DNA of 63,225 nt, filler included, from Octopus bimaculoides (lineage: Eukaryota), in the NCBI RefSeq assembly GCF_001194135.2. It is 4 parts of 4 records of this genome, joined end to end, with 100 filler letters (N's around TTAATTAATTAA, not from the genome) between each part and the next. Parts side by side here need not be neighbours in the genome. Positions count along the whole stretch, not along the records: positions 33,563 to 60,763 come from NC_068986.1; 3 more parts are not named here. The stretch is one strand, 5' to 3'. The notes under the pieces were generated by a model that saw nothing but the letters and a program-made list of their open reading frames with translations, was not told the DNA's origin and searched no databases. The position numbers and the translations under genes were made by a program. Within the stretch, counting starts at the first letter, position 1, and each line of letters starts with the position of its first letter. This document shows, in pieces, positions 37,563-50,808 of the stretch.

Positions 37563-38892
37563 ATTAATGGCTGTAGTAAGCCTGGTGGTAGTGTTGATAG
37601 TTGTCTTTGTTCCTGTTGTTAGTAGTTGTTGAGTTGTTCTTGCAACATAAGAGGAAGTGAAGCTTCTGAAAGTATAGCTTCAAGTGTGTATTTTTTGTTT
37701 TCTCCGTTCCAAGATCAAATTCATCTGGGAACAGGCTTTGCCTTTCATCTCTTCCAACTCTATAAAATAATTGCCGAACATCTAGCAACCAATCTGTTTA
37801 TTGATTCACAATCAATGATTCGTTTACTACTAAATTGCCATCATTTCATTTGGTAGTTAAGTTGCTGCTCGATGATCAAACACACAAGCGAAGTGTTATA
37901 TTTCTTCTCTAAAGCAACTAGATGTATTGCAAAAAAAAAAGATGTTAACTTAGATGTGGAATAGTGGCGAATTAATGTTATATTCTGAATAACAAAAAAA
38001 GTGCCAAAAATATGTCTCAGCCTAGCTTAACTAGCAGTTCGTAATAATAACATGTCGTTTCTTTATGAAATATACTATAATCCGGAAAGATCAAAAACGT
38101 AAACACATTTACATTTTTTGTATAAAATATTTTTGAGATTTTTACGGAAATTCGTATCGGAATATTGTTGCATAAACGTTACCATAAATCCTGGATTACA
38201 AATGTTTTATCAAAATTAGATGATATTCTTGAGACAGAAAGGCGTAAGATATGGTCTCGAGAGGAAGTGTTCCGACAAATATTATTACTGTTGAAAATTA
38301 TTGAGACAAACTAATTCCAGGAAGGTGTATGGAGAGAAATCATATCCAGATGAATATCATCTCGGTTTCCTCATCTAAAGTATCCAGAAAAATAGATATA
38401 TATTTTATTTTATAAGTGAACATGTCGCCCTCCGGATTATATTCAAATGTAAATACTTCTAAAGTAAATTAAAGGCAGCAACCGTATTCATCGGTGGATT
38501 CAAAGTCTCACATCACAAGTGATGTCACAGATAGGTCCAATTATTTTAGTAGCTAGTGCCGTCTTAACATGTTTTAAGTTCCCTTTAATGAAAACATATA
38601 TAGGTACAAGTTTTTCTATGTAGTATGTAATTTGCTTCCCAACCGAATAGTTATGTGTTCTATGCCACTAAATGACATTTTAGACACTTGTCTTCTACAA
38701 TACATCAGGCCGACCAAAGACATGGAAATGAATTTGCTTGACAGATACTAAAACAAACCTGATGTGTGCATACATGCAAGCATATATATATACGTATATA
38801 TACATACGTGCACACATACATACAAACGTTCACACATAAATACATATATGTATATGTATGTGTATATGTATATATGCATGTATGTGCATAAG

Positions 38893-38923
<31 letters not shown>

Positions 38924-38932
38924 AGCAATACA

Positions 38933-39121
38933 AAAAAAATGGGACAAGAACGCAAAATATCCAGACAGCTAGATGATACATAAAAAGGGGGAAACAAAAC
39001 ATCCAGACAGATGATACAAAAGCCGGACAAGAAAAAAACACGGACGAGTTATTCCAAGTTTTCTTTTTTCAGTTGAGTTCCAGAATATCTTTGCAATTTC
39101 GGCTGGTCTCTTATAGGTAAG

Positions 39122-39172
<51 letters not shown>

Positions 39173-39835
39173 TTTGTACGACTCTCTTATTCTTTCATTC
39201 TTTCTTTCTATCAACCTCTTCACAATTCGTTCTTCCCACTCTTCTTCGTTTCGTTACCCCCCTCTCACATTTCCTGAATTTCACTTCATTCACACCTTCC
39301 CTCCTCTTCCACTTCGCTCTCTTCCCTTTCTTTCTCGTCCCTCCCTAATTCTTCTGTCCCTCTGTCTTTACCTCTCTTCTTTCTGCGCACGTCATCGGCG
39401 TTCAGCCAAACCTGACCTTTCTCTCTTGGTTCGACTACCATCCGCGCAACATCTATATTACGCTTATAACCCTCATTTCTTTATGTTCCAGCCGTAAGGC
39501 TTCACTTTCACACACGGCAGATTAATTTAATTCATCCTTAGTCGAAAGATACTTGTTGTCTGTATTTGTATTTGTTTGCCATTTCTCCGTTTTTATTTCC
39601 ATCGTTGTCTTCGTATACATTCGCCACTTTCTTCCAAGGAATTTAATGCTCTTAGCTTAGTTTTTCCTTCTTGCTGGCCACATTAGAGCAACCTCGAGTA
39701 TAACTAGCAGAAAATGGTAAGATAAACTGGAACTCGACTCAGCAAAATAAAACTTCGAATGACCCATCCGTGTTTTTGTTGTCCATCTTTTGTATCATTT
39801 GTCTGGATGTTTTGCCTTCTTGTCCCATTTTTTTA
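38933..39835. repeat. Inverted pair of a 110-150-bp repeat (38933-39081 and 39727-39835) around a CT-rich spacer; possibly Penelope-like
   Basis: AAAAAAATGGGACAAGAA.GCAAAA.ATCCAGACA..ATGATACAAAAG...AAAAACACGGA.G.GT.ATTC.AAGTTTT...GAGTTCCAG appears on both strands. The left copy has an internal duplication. Confidence 0.7.
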
Positions 39836-39875
39836 GTTTGCTTTTTATATGCATATGGCAGCGTACGTACACTTT

Positions 39876-39971
<96 letters not shown>

Positions 39972-41293
39972 TATATAAGGAAAATAAGACAAGCTAGGAA
40001 CGCTAAAATAATTTTATCATGAAGTACATCTCAGCAGTCGTTTCCGTAAAGTAAAAGTAAAAGTAAAAGTAAAATAAGAAAATAATTTAATTAGAGACAA
40101 AAAATCAAGTGAAGTGTTTTCTAAATATTTCCATAGTCTTTAAATCTGATGGAATAGTTTGAATATAGAGCGTTGGTCGTTTAAGCAGAAGCAGCCTCAG
40201 GGATAATGCAACCTATAATCAGCGCATTAGCAAAGAAGCATGTTTTATGCCAAAATATAAACATATTTTGAATGCTGCCACCACTACGATTGGAATTACT
40301 ACGAGAATTTAGAACAATTTCAGCCACTACTCAACAGGTCACTTTTAGCCCAATTGACTATTAAAGAAGATTCCACGAACAATTTACTGAGTCACAGCAC
40401 CTCTGTAGTTTCTTTTTTTCTTTTTCTCTTTCTCCTTCTTCTTTCTCTTCAGCAACATCTCTTCCGCCTTTACCTTCTCTTTCTCCTTCTCCTCCACCAT
40501 GTTCTTCTTGTTCTTCTTCTTCTCCTCCCTCGGTTGCCCCCGCTTAAGCCATCAATTCTCTGTACCCAAACTATTCCTTCAGATTTACTACTACTCACCC
40601 ACAAAGAAATAGAGACAGAGACAGACTATCCGAAAAATATGGAAATATTTACCTATTTAAAACTATGGGGAAATATCTACAAAACATTTCCCTGATTTCT
40701 TTTTTTGTTTTTGTCCAATTCAATTGTCTTTTCTTATTTAACTCTTAGTTGAAAAAGTCTAAAATACGAAAAACGCTACTAAAATGTACTTCATGATAAA
40801 ATATATTCAGCATTTTCTACCTTATCTCATTTTTCTTATATATATCAACTCGTGTTACTTTTCTAACTTGTACACACACACACACACACANNNNNNNNNN
40901 NNNNNNNNNNNNNNNNNNNNNNNNNNNNNNNNNNNNNNNNNNNNNNNNNNNNNNNNNNNNNNNNNNNNNNNNNNNNNNNNNNNNNNNNNNNNNNNNNNNN
41001 NNNNNNNNNNNNNNNNNNNNNNNNNNNNNNNNNNNNNNNNNNNNNNNNNNNNNNNNNNNNNNNNNNNNNNNNNNNNNNNNNNNNNNNNNNNNNNNNNNNN
41101 NNNNNNNNNNNNNNNNNNNNNNNNNNNNNNNNNNNNNNNNNNNNNNNNNNNNNNNNNNNNNNNNNNNNNNNNNNNNNNNNNNNNNNNNNNNNNNNNNNNN
41201 NNNNNNNNNNNNNNNNNNNNNNNNNNNNNNNNNNNNNNNNNNNNNNNNNNNNNNNNNNNNNNNNNNNNNNNNNNNNNNNNNNNNNNNNNNNNN

Positions 41294-41337
<44 letters not shown>

Positions 41338-43133
41338 GAAGATAGGATAGCAACATATCTTTTAATAAGAAATCAGAAATGTCGTGCTTATTTAAGCCTC
41401 GAATATATTTTCTCATCGTCTTTTGTGATCCAAGCAGGGTAAAAAGTCCCCATAGGAGTGTAAAATCCAGTTTTCTCAGAAGAACTGACCAGTATAGAAC
41501 ACGCTGTATTTCATTCTCATTACGATTGCAGACAAAGGCATAACCCCCACACACATACACACACACACTCACTGTGTATGAGCTCTTGTTTCAGAGATCA
41601 TATTTTAACATTCTTTGATACAAGTTATAAAAAACACCTTTTACTGTTATTATCAGTTAACTGCAAATTTAATATAAATTTCGAACCATTTACTTTAGTT
41701 ATGAGCTGGCAATTATAAATCAATTAATGAGTAATAATAAAATAGAGAATGTGACTGTAATAAAATGAAATAAACATATGATTTGTTTATATAAGAAAAA
41801 GGACAATATATTTAAGGATAAGTACATCACATTTACATATCTAAACGAGCCTTTGGTGACATGTAAATTGAGATAAGAATGGAATGGTTGAAAGTGACCT
41901 TGCACGGTGTGATATGTCCTCTTAGTTAAATGCACGAATTTGAAATCTCATAATTTTGAAATGGCAGTGAGTCATCTCTTGGAAAGTCTTATAAATATAG
42001 TTTCATATAAGGCCTCAAAATATCTACTGTTTAACTCTTTTGAACCCGAAGCGAATATATCGTCTTATGTTGCTGCACCTATACGTGCATACGAATGTAG
42101 ATATTCGGGTATACCTATATATATATATACGCGTATACCTATATATNNNNNNNNNNNNNNNNNNNNNNNNNNNNNNNNNNNNNNNNNNNNNNNNNNNNNN
42201 NNNNNNNNNNNNNNNNNNNNNNNNNNNNNNNNNNNNNNNNNNNNNNNNNNNNNNNNNNNNNNNNNNNNNNNNNNNNNNNNNNNNNNNNNNNNNNNNNNNN
42301 NNNNNNNNNNNNNNNNNNNNNNNNNNNNNNNNNNNNNNNNNNNNNNNNNNNNNNNNNNNNNNNNNNNNNNNNNNNNNNNNNNNNNNNNNNNNNNNNNNNN
42401 NNNNNNNNNNNNNNNNNNNNNNNNNNNNNNNNNNNNNNNNNNNNNNNNNNNNNNNNNNNNNNNNNNNNNNNNNNNNNNNNNNNNNNNNNNNNNNNNNNNN
42501 NNNNNNNNNNNNNNNNNNNNNNNNNNNNNNNNNNNNNNNNNNNNNNNNNNNNNNNNNNNNNNNNNNNNNNNNNNNNNNNNNNNNNNNNNNNNNNNNNNNN
42601 NNNNNNNNNNNNNNNNNNNNNNNNNNNNNNNNNNNNNNNNNNNNNNNNNNNNNNNNNNNNNNNNNNNNNNNNNNNNNNNNNNNNNNNNNNATATACAATT
42701 AATTATATTTTTATGTATGTATGCATGCTTATATGCGTGCATATATGTGTATTTTACTGAATCGAATCTATATAAAGCAAATAAGCAATATACGATAAAC
42801 GGAATTATTCTGTTGTATTGGAATTGCGTATGGAATTAAAACATGATGAATCAGCCTACTTTGGAAATATACAATTATGTTTATGAATATAATTACAGTT
42901 CTTGTATAATAATATAGTGTAATCGACGTAAAATGATTTTAGCTTCTCTATAATACATTGAGAAATCAATATTTCTTGATAAATTGAAACGCTATTGATG
43001 ACGATAATAAATAACAAGAAGAACAAGTACATCAATAGCAACTGCAAGAACAACAAAAATATAGGTGGTGAGCATAATAGTAACATAATCATGAATCATA
43101 ATGTTCAAATAATAAAAATGATGATGATAATAA

Positions 43134-43204
<71 letters not shown>

Positions 43205-45911
43205 GTAATACCCTGATGCAGTACCAGGCAGTGGTTCTCATGGGTTTATTACACATTTCGTGGCTCCATTCGCTCTTCTTCCATTCTTCTTTTTATGGTG
43301 GCCGTGGTGAGGAAGATGTAAACATTTTTGTCATTGTAAATGAAGACATGTGTAATATCAAGGTGGTTGAAATGCCCGTGATTGTAGAATCGATTTGAAT
43401 GATCAAAACCGAACATAAAATGTGACGAAGGTTTTCGGCTTACCATCCATGCAAGACATGTTGGTCCTCATTTTCGTAAGGCATCGGTTTTGTCATTTCT
43501 GGCGTTAAATGGTTTTACACGCGTAGTTTTTCTTACTTTTTGTGTAACAAGTTTAAAGTACGTACTTTCTGTTTGTTATCCTTGGGTTGAAGAATACGAG
43601 TATTATCCAATCTATTTTTCATTTTTTGCATAAGGTGGGTTGGGAGGGATGTTGATTGGTCCGTAATGTGATGAGCGTGTTTACACGTGTTGTGCGAGTG
43701 ATGGCGATGATACACAGGTAAATACATTGTCTCACGGTAAATAGGAATAAATTTTAATGAATATTACTTACTTGGCTATAGTTCAACACTTTGACATTTA
43801 TTTTAGTTTCTATTTGTCTTCATTCCCGATGATTTTAGATAGATTACGGGGCAGTGTTTATTATTATACTGTTGTTGTTGTTGTTGTTCGTATCACCATC
43901 ATCATCATTATTGTCGTTGTAGCTGTTGCTACTGTTGTTTTTGTTCTTCAGACTGTGAGCTTGCAAATCCGTTAATACTTCCAAAAAATGGCCCATGGAG
44001 TTTTGCTGGTGTTTTACTTCCTGAGTGAAAAATGACGCTGGGCCCAATTGGGCGTCATCATTTTAGGATCAATAAGATAAATACCATCCAGTATTTGTGT
44101 CCATGTAACCATTTTACTGTCTCCTGCAAAATTGCTGTTTAAGTGACACAATGTGGATTCATTACTCTTGTTAGTATCAATATTATTGGTGCTCTTGTCG
44201 TTTTTGTTGGAATTGTTATCATCATTTAAACTGTTGTATGACTAAACCATAACCAAAATCAAACAATCTTGTATTCAGTTCTATTTTCAATGTTTCAACA
44301 CAATCTACATGCTCCTAGTTTGTTTCCAAATAATAGCTTTTGGAATGGCTTTGTTTGACTTTCAGACTTAATTTCCCCCACCTATGTTTTTATTTCTTAC
44401 TTGGAAATATGAAAATAACACTTTCGACAACAAAGTTTCAGTATTTTCCATGTCCTATCTTTATACTGTCACTTTTCACAGATTGCTCTTTTTCAAACTC
44501 CTCATCCTCCGATGTCACACAATTTGCTTTCAATCGCAGATGCTATATCAATATGATAAAGTATTGACCCCCTTAACGTTACTAATGGCCAGCTTCTTTT
44601 TTCGATAAGCATACTATAGAGATCTCCCAACAATTTAATATACTCGATTTCCATCACTGTATTACTTTTAAGATAATACAATCCATCGCCTCTGCTGCAA
44701 TTATTTCGCTAATGCCTTCTATAAAATGTTGCATACCTTCTACTTCCATTCTACAATTTACAGCAATCTCTCGCTGTGGGGCTAACGCATTCACATTTTC
44801 TTCATAAAAATAATACTAGAAAGGGTTCAACATTCTTATGAACCTGAGATTTCACAAAATTTTCTTTTAAGAGTTTCTACACTTGTAGTACAGATTAATG
44901 CATTGTTCTGACTTTTCCTTTCTTATTATCTCATGTGCTTATCCACACCGTTGCTCATATCTATCAAGATCTCTTATGAAAAGTACTTGCTCTTTTCATC
45001 GTGTTTAGTTTTCATGTATTTTCATCTAGTTATGTTCATATTTATCAACGCATTTTGCAGTCTCTATCACACTGTTGACGTTTACATCTGAACTATTAGC
45101 CTCACCTCATTTGAGATCTCACTCTTCGCTTTTATATGGATTCTTTTCATCTTATCACACCTTTTGCTCCATTTGCCACTAGCAGAGAAATCATGGGATT
45201 GTCAATTTTCTAGCAGAATGCCCAACGCTTTCTCATCAATTTTCTCGATATTCTGTGTAATTTCTGCATTTATTACAGCTCCCATGTTAGTTCCTCTTTC
45301 TCGAGTACCTTTTCCGATAATATTATGTTCCTCCCACTTAATTTTGGTTCAGCGACTGATTTAATCATTTCTAGTATTTTTCCCATGGGTTCCTATATGT
45401 CACTCTTCATAGGATTTTTGTTCTATGCTTATACATTTTTTTTTCTTTTCATTCTGTCATTACTATAAGTTCATGCTATACAATCATTTTTTTTTTTTTT
45501 GCATAGTTGTCATTTTACATTTTATGTATACTACACTTCTTTATTTCAGATTATCATTGTAGGTCATCTACCGCACAAGAAGCTATACATCTACTTATTC
45601 TAATTTAGATAATCAGTTTCCTCCTTCCCTCATTTCCGTCTGCGTTATTCAGTCTTAAGAGAAATCAAAATATCACACTAGCAAAGTTATTTGTTTTAAG
45701 GAAACATCTACGCATTGTATAATAATTTTCTATAGAGGTCATGTTATTGTTGTTGTTGGTCTTGGTGGTGGTGGTCGTCAAAGCGATAGAATTAATCAGG
45801 ATGTTGTCTCATCTATTTTGCATTCTCATATCCTTGTTTATTTTGTTGTTGCTGCTTCTGCTGTTATTACCGTTCTGTACCTAAAGATTCTTATACATTC
45901 TACGTCGTGTT

Positions 45912-46186
45912 AAGGCGGCGAGCTGGCAGAATCGTTAATAAACAGTGTTAAGGTCGGCGAACTGGCAGAAACCTTACCACGCCGGGCGAAATGCTTAGCG
46001 GTATTTCGTCTGTCTTTACGTTCTGAGTTCACATTCCGCCGAGGTCGACTTTGCCTTTCATCCTTTTGGGGTCGATAAATTAAGTACCAGTTACGCACTG
46101 GGGCCGATATAATCAACTTAATCCCTTTCTCTGTCCTTGTTTGTCCCCTCTGTGCTTAGCCCCCTGTGGGCAATAAAAAAAAGAAT
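45912..46186 (+). mobile_element. Full-length family B SINE with a duplicated head
   Basis: GGCGGCGAGCTGGCAGAA occurs twice (45914 and about 45953), then GTTCTGAGTTCACATTCCGCCGAGGTCGACTTTGCCTTTCATCC..GGGGTCGATAAATTAAGTACCAG. Confidence 0.88.
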
Positions 46187-46654
46187 CGCTAATAAACTGG
46201 ACAAAATGTTCCGTAGCATTTCATCGATATATTCGGTCTGAGTTCAACTTCTGCCGAGGCTGAATATACCACTCAACCTTTCGNNNNNNNNNNNNNNNNN
46301 NNNNNNNNNNNNNNNNNNNNNNNNNNNNNNNNNNNNNNNNNNNNNNNNNNNNNNNNNNNNNNNNNNNNNNNNNNNNNNNNNNNNNNNNNNNNNNNNNNNN
46401 NNNNNNNNNNNNNNNNNNNNNNNNNNNNNNNNNNNNNNNNNNNNNNNNNNNNNNNNNNNNNNNNNNNNNNNNNNNNNNNNNNNNNNNNNNNNNNNNNNNN
46501 NNNNNNNNNNNNNNNNNNNNNNNNNNNNNNNNNNNNNNNNNNNNNNNNNNNNNNNNNNNNNNNNNNNNNNNNNNNNNNNNNNNNNNNNNNNNNNNNNNNN
46601 NNNNNNNNNNNNNNNNNNNNNNNNNNNNNNNNNNNNNNNNNNNNNNNNNNNNNN

Positions 46655-46709
<55 letters not shown>

Positions 46710-46712
<3 letters not shown>

Positions 46713-47355
46713 ATGCCAGCTGCATCTTCCTTACACGAGAAAAGCCATTGCCAAGAAGACTTACTGAAATGATTCATGACTGTTTCCATGTGATGCCCTT
46801 ATATGACTTTTAAGCCCAGCTAAGCTTTTACACATGTTATTACATACTAGACAATTGCACTATCTGGAAGGAGCAACAGGAGCCACCATATGCACTCTTA
46901 ACATGTCTTTTTAGACCTCCAACTGAGAGGCACAAACTTCTATATGTTACACACGCTCTGTTATGAATGTTAATAGCCACATCATTGTTTATTATGGGTA
47001 GATTTCTATGAGAATATCATATCACTGTAATTCTTTTGCAACAAGCGCAGATCTTCTCTTTGGACGAGATTTCAGAAAATCATTGTCAAATAACGTTCGA
47101 ACATTCTAACATCCTATATTCATAGGCTTGCATCTTAACTAAAATTTACTCACAGTTGCAGGAAGACGACCGTATCCAAGTTGCGGTGCCCTGGGACACC
47201 TACCGGACCAGACCACAGAACAAAACGTTCCACAGCCCTTTTTGCCATTTGTTTCAATATCAATATGAACTTTCATTGTTTAGATGTGCCTTTTTAAACT
47301 TCAGCCAGCCATGTACATACCAGAAGTCAATTTCGTTTTCCTCCCCAGAAATACC
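46710..47355 (-). mobile_element. Internally deleted (bipartite) RTE element: 5' leader and endonuclease start joined to C-terminal zinc fingers and 3' end
   Basis: 47123-47013 reads MNIGC*NVRTLFDNDFLKSRPKRRSALVAKELQ*YDI (the RTE APE N-terminus WNVRTL...RPERR.ALVA.EL..YDI). Within about 25 nt come ..CVTYRSLCLSVGGLKRHVK.. and CLVCNNMCKSLAGLKSHIRASH..* (stop 46761-46763). Confidence 0.75.
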
Positions 47356-47569
47356 TGTGCTTGACACTTATTAAAGTGAGGAAACGCTTTGCAGAGCAAC
47401 CATTCCCATTCTATAAACTACAAAGCATGATTCATATTGTTCGTAAAAGTGATAACAGCGGCAAGAATGATAAAAATAATAACATTAACATTACAATTAA
47501 TAAGAAGAATAAAAACAGCCATAATATTTGTCTCAAATTTTTTCACAGAGACAGAAGTTTCGAGGAAGG

Positions 47570-47752
47570 TACTAAATGGGTTACCCTGACCCCAGTGTTC
47601 AGCAGGTACTTATTTTATCGACCCGAATATATAAAAGGCAGATTCGACTTCAACGGAATTGGGACTACAAGCGTAAAGACGAACGAAATGCCGTCAAGCA
47701 CTTTTCTCGGCGCACTAACGATCGAACTAGCTCGCCGCCTTAGCGACAGCTG
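47570..47752 (-). mobile_element. Diverged family B SINE
   Basis: GTACTTATTTTATCGACCCG...AAAGGCAGATTCGACTTCAACGGAATT...CTAGCTCGCCGCCTT is the reverse complement of the family B head and core. Confidence 0.75.
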
Positions 47753-50337
47753 TAATATTAATGATAGTAATACGTGCATATATGCTCACATGTACACATA
47801 TATATAGCCGTGCACATGTAGTTTACACAGTTTGTAGCTAAACAGATAACTGGTGAGAAATGCAGAATTAAACTAAATAAAATGCTTCATATTTGCAGTC
47901 ATTGGTACGCATATAGGTCATTGTAAATAAGAGCTGGGTTTTTAGAAAATTCCTATTCTGAGCTGAGATACACATCATTGAATTTTAACTGATATTTTCT
48001 ACAAAAATTGAAACAACAATATTCTTCATTCTTTTACCTTTCTTCTTTGAATATGTATTCTCAGATGGACTAGCGCACTATGCGTTTCTTTTCATCATTA
48101 ACAGTATTCCACCAACAAGAAATCAACCGTATTTCTCCGTGGGTCCAGTGAGGATATTTTTTTGGGCACATATTTGAGAGTTTACGAAATTGGAATCAAG
48201 TAACAACAAAATATTGCTGAAACTGACAACAGATTTCCCTCATATCCTATAAAATTTCACTGAAATTCTCCGACTAACCGGGCACGGACATAAATTTATT
48301 ATATCCTGAGGGTCTACCGTTTCAAAACTTCCGTCCTTAATTGAAACAACAAATGTCAAATATTATCCATACAATTTGTATTTGTACGTTTCTTACATGT
48401 AGGATTAAACGTTTCATTGTTTTATTTTTTATTTTGATAATACCAAGTCTTCTACATATAATATTCTCAAAATGCATCATACAATACAATATTGATAGAT
48501 TAACAGAATATTATTAAAAATTAATGAGAGATCCGTTTCACAAAGACAAACAAAGAAATAAGAAGTATTTAAGTCACAGTAACTGCAGTGATCTTTAACC
48601 GATATTTCTCAGACAAATCAATATCTATCACATTAATTTACTTGTTTATGTAGCACAAATTGAGTAAAAAATCCAGCACGCTTTATATTTGTTGTACTTT
48701 GTATATTTCTTAAAAAAAGTTTTATCAATATTTATTTCTATTACGAAATAAATGTTCACTACTGATTGTACGTTATTGCCTTGCTGATGAATAAATCGAG
48801 CGTAATATTAGATTCAACGTTGAAAATTATTTGACATAGTAAAGAAGCAAAAATAGTAATTCATGAGGAATAATAATGCTGAATGACTACCATTCCGGCA
48901 ATATTTGAAGGTCCATAGAATGTAGAGTAATATAACTATTCCAAAGATCTTAAATCGGCAATGAGAATCTGTCTTTCTCGCTCTAATTGTGTATATATAT
49001 ATATATATNNNNNNNNNNNNNNNNNNNNNNNNNNNNNNNNNNNNNNNNNNNNNNNNNNNNNNNNNNNNNNNNNNNNNNNNNNNNNNNNNNNNNNNNNNNN
49101 NNNNNNNNNNNNNNNNNNNNNNNNNNNNNNNNNNNNNNNNNNNNNNNNNNNNNNNNNNNNNNNNNNNNNNNNNNNNNNNNNNNNNNNNNNNNNNNNNNNN
49201 NNNNNNNNNNNNNNNNNNNNNNNNNNNNNNNNNNNNNNNNNNNNNNNNNNNNNNNNNNNNNNNNNNNNNNNNNNNNNNNNNNNNNNNNNNNNNNNNNNNN
49301 NNNNNNNNNNNNNNNNNNNNNNNNNNNNNNNNNNNNNNNNNNNNNNNNNNNNNNNNNNNNNNNNNNNNNNNNNNNNNNNNNNNNNNNNNNNNNNNNNNNN
49401 NNNNNNNNNNNNNNNNNNNNNNNNNNNNNNNNNNNNNNNNNNNNNNNNNNNNNNNNNNNNNNNNNNNNNNNNNNNNNNNNNNNNNNNNNNNNNNNNNNNN
49501 NNNNNNNNNNNNNNNNNNNNNNNNNNNNNNNNNNNNNNNNNNNNNNNNNNNNNNNNNNNNNNNNNNNNNNNNNNNNNNNNNNNNNNNNNNNNNNNNNNNN
49601 NNNNNNNNNNNNNNNNNNNNNNNNNNNNNNNNNTATATATATATATATATATATATATATACGTATAATTCTTAAGTCGTTTGCAAAACGTGTATGTATG
49701 TATGCATGTGTGTGTGTTGTGTATGTGTGCGTGTGTGTGAGCGTGTGCGTGTGAGTGTGTGTGTGTGCGTGTGCGTGTATGTGTATGTGTGTGTGCGTGC
49801 GTGTGTATCTATAGGTATATGTGAATGAATGTATCTGTGTGTATGCATGAATGTATGTAAATATACATATGTACACACACACGCAAAAACACAACTCTGT
49901 GCGCGTGTGTGTTTCCGTAGGTATATATATTTAGATGTAAACGCTACAAACTTTCTCACTTTTTCATTTATGAATAAAAGACCCTTTATGTACAAAAGAC
50001 AAAATACACATTATCCATGAATTTCTTCAAAACTAATTACTTCCATTTTTAATGAAATGCAGCTCTTCATAAAATGATAAAAAAAAAAAATTATTCACAG
50101 TTAAACTCATGATGGTGAGTTTAAATACATGTATTCATGATTTCCACTGAATAGAGATTTAAACATTTTGTAATAAGTTATCAAATATTTTAGATTATTT
50201 TACCAGCGTGAAATGGAAATTACCTTAAATACATATACATACATATATACATACATACACACACATACATGCGCACATATTAGATATACATGTGTGCGCG
50301 CGCGTGTGTTTAAGTCAATTTGGTTGTATATATAGAG

Positions 50338-50417
<80 letters not shown>

Positions 50418-50449
50418 TTGTGTGTATGTATGTATGCATGGTTTTATTC

Positions 50450-50808
50450 CGCAGTTTTGTTTCGATGAGGAGGTTTTTCCCACTTTCTCAAAATGCTGTA
50501 ATTACTTTCGATACAGTACGTCTTGATACACCAAACACTTCGGCTGTGTTCGTTACGCTAGCGCCAGCCATCCAAGCACTAACAATTTGACCTTTTTGAA
50601 AGTGCAATAGATGAGTCATTTTAATGAATTTTAGTTATCTTTTGCTGATTATATCTGAAAAATCCCAGCAATTTTAGTAAACCATATTAAGCAACACTAA
50701 TAATAACACAAAAAATATAAAAACAAACAAGCTTTTAATGGAGTTATAGAAATTTCAAAATTATGATGCTATGATGCTTGGTGTTTCCATTATTTTGTCC
50801 AACTCCTG
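50450..50808 (-). mobile_element. 5' end of a Tc1-like transposon (left TIR and HTH start)
   Basis: TIR TA|CAGGAGTTGGACAAAATAATGGAAACACC at 50808-50780 (-). From ATG 50619: MTHLLHFQKGQIVSAWMAGASVTNTAEVFGVSRRTVSKVITAF*ES-GKTSSSKQNCG, a Tc1 paired-like HTH. Confidence 0.85.
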
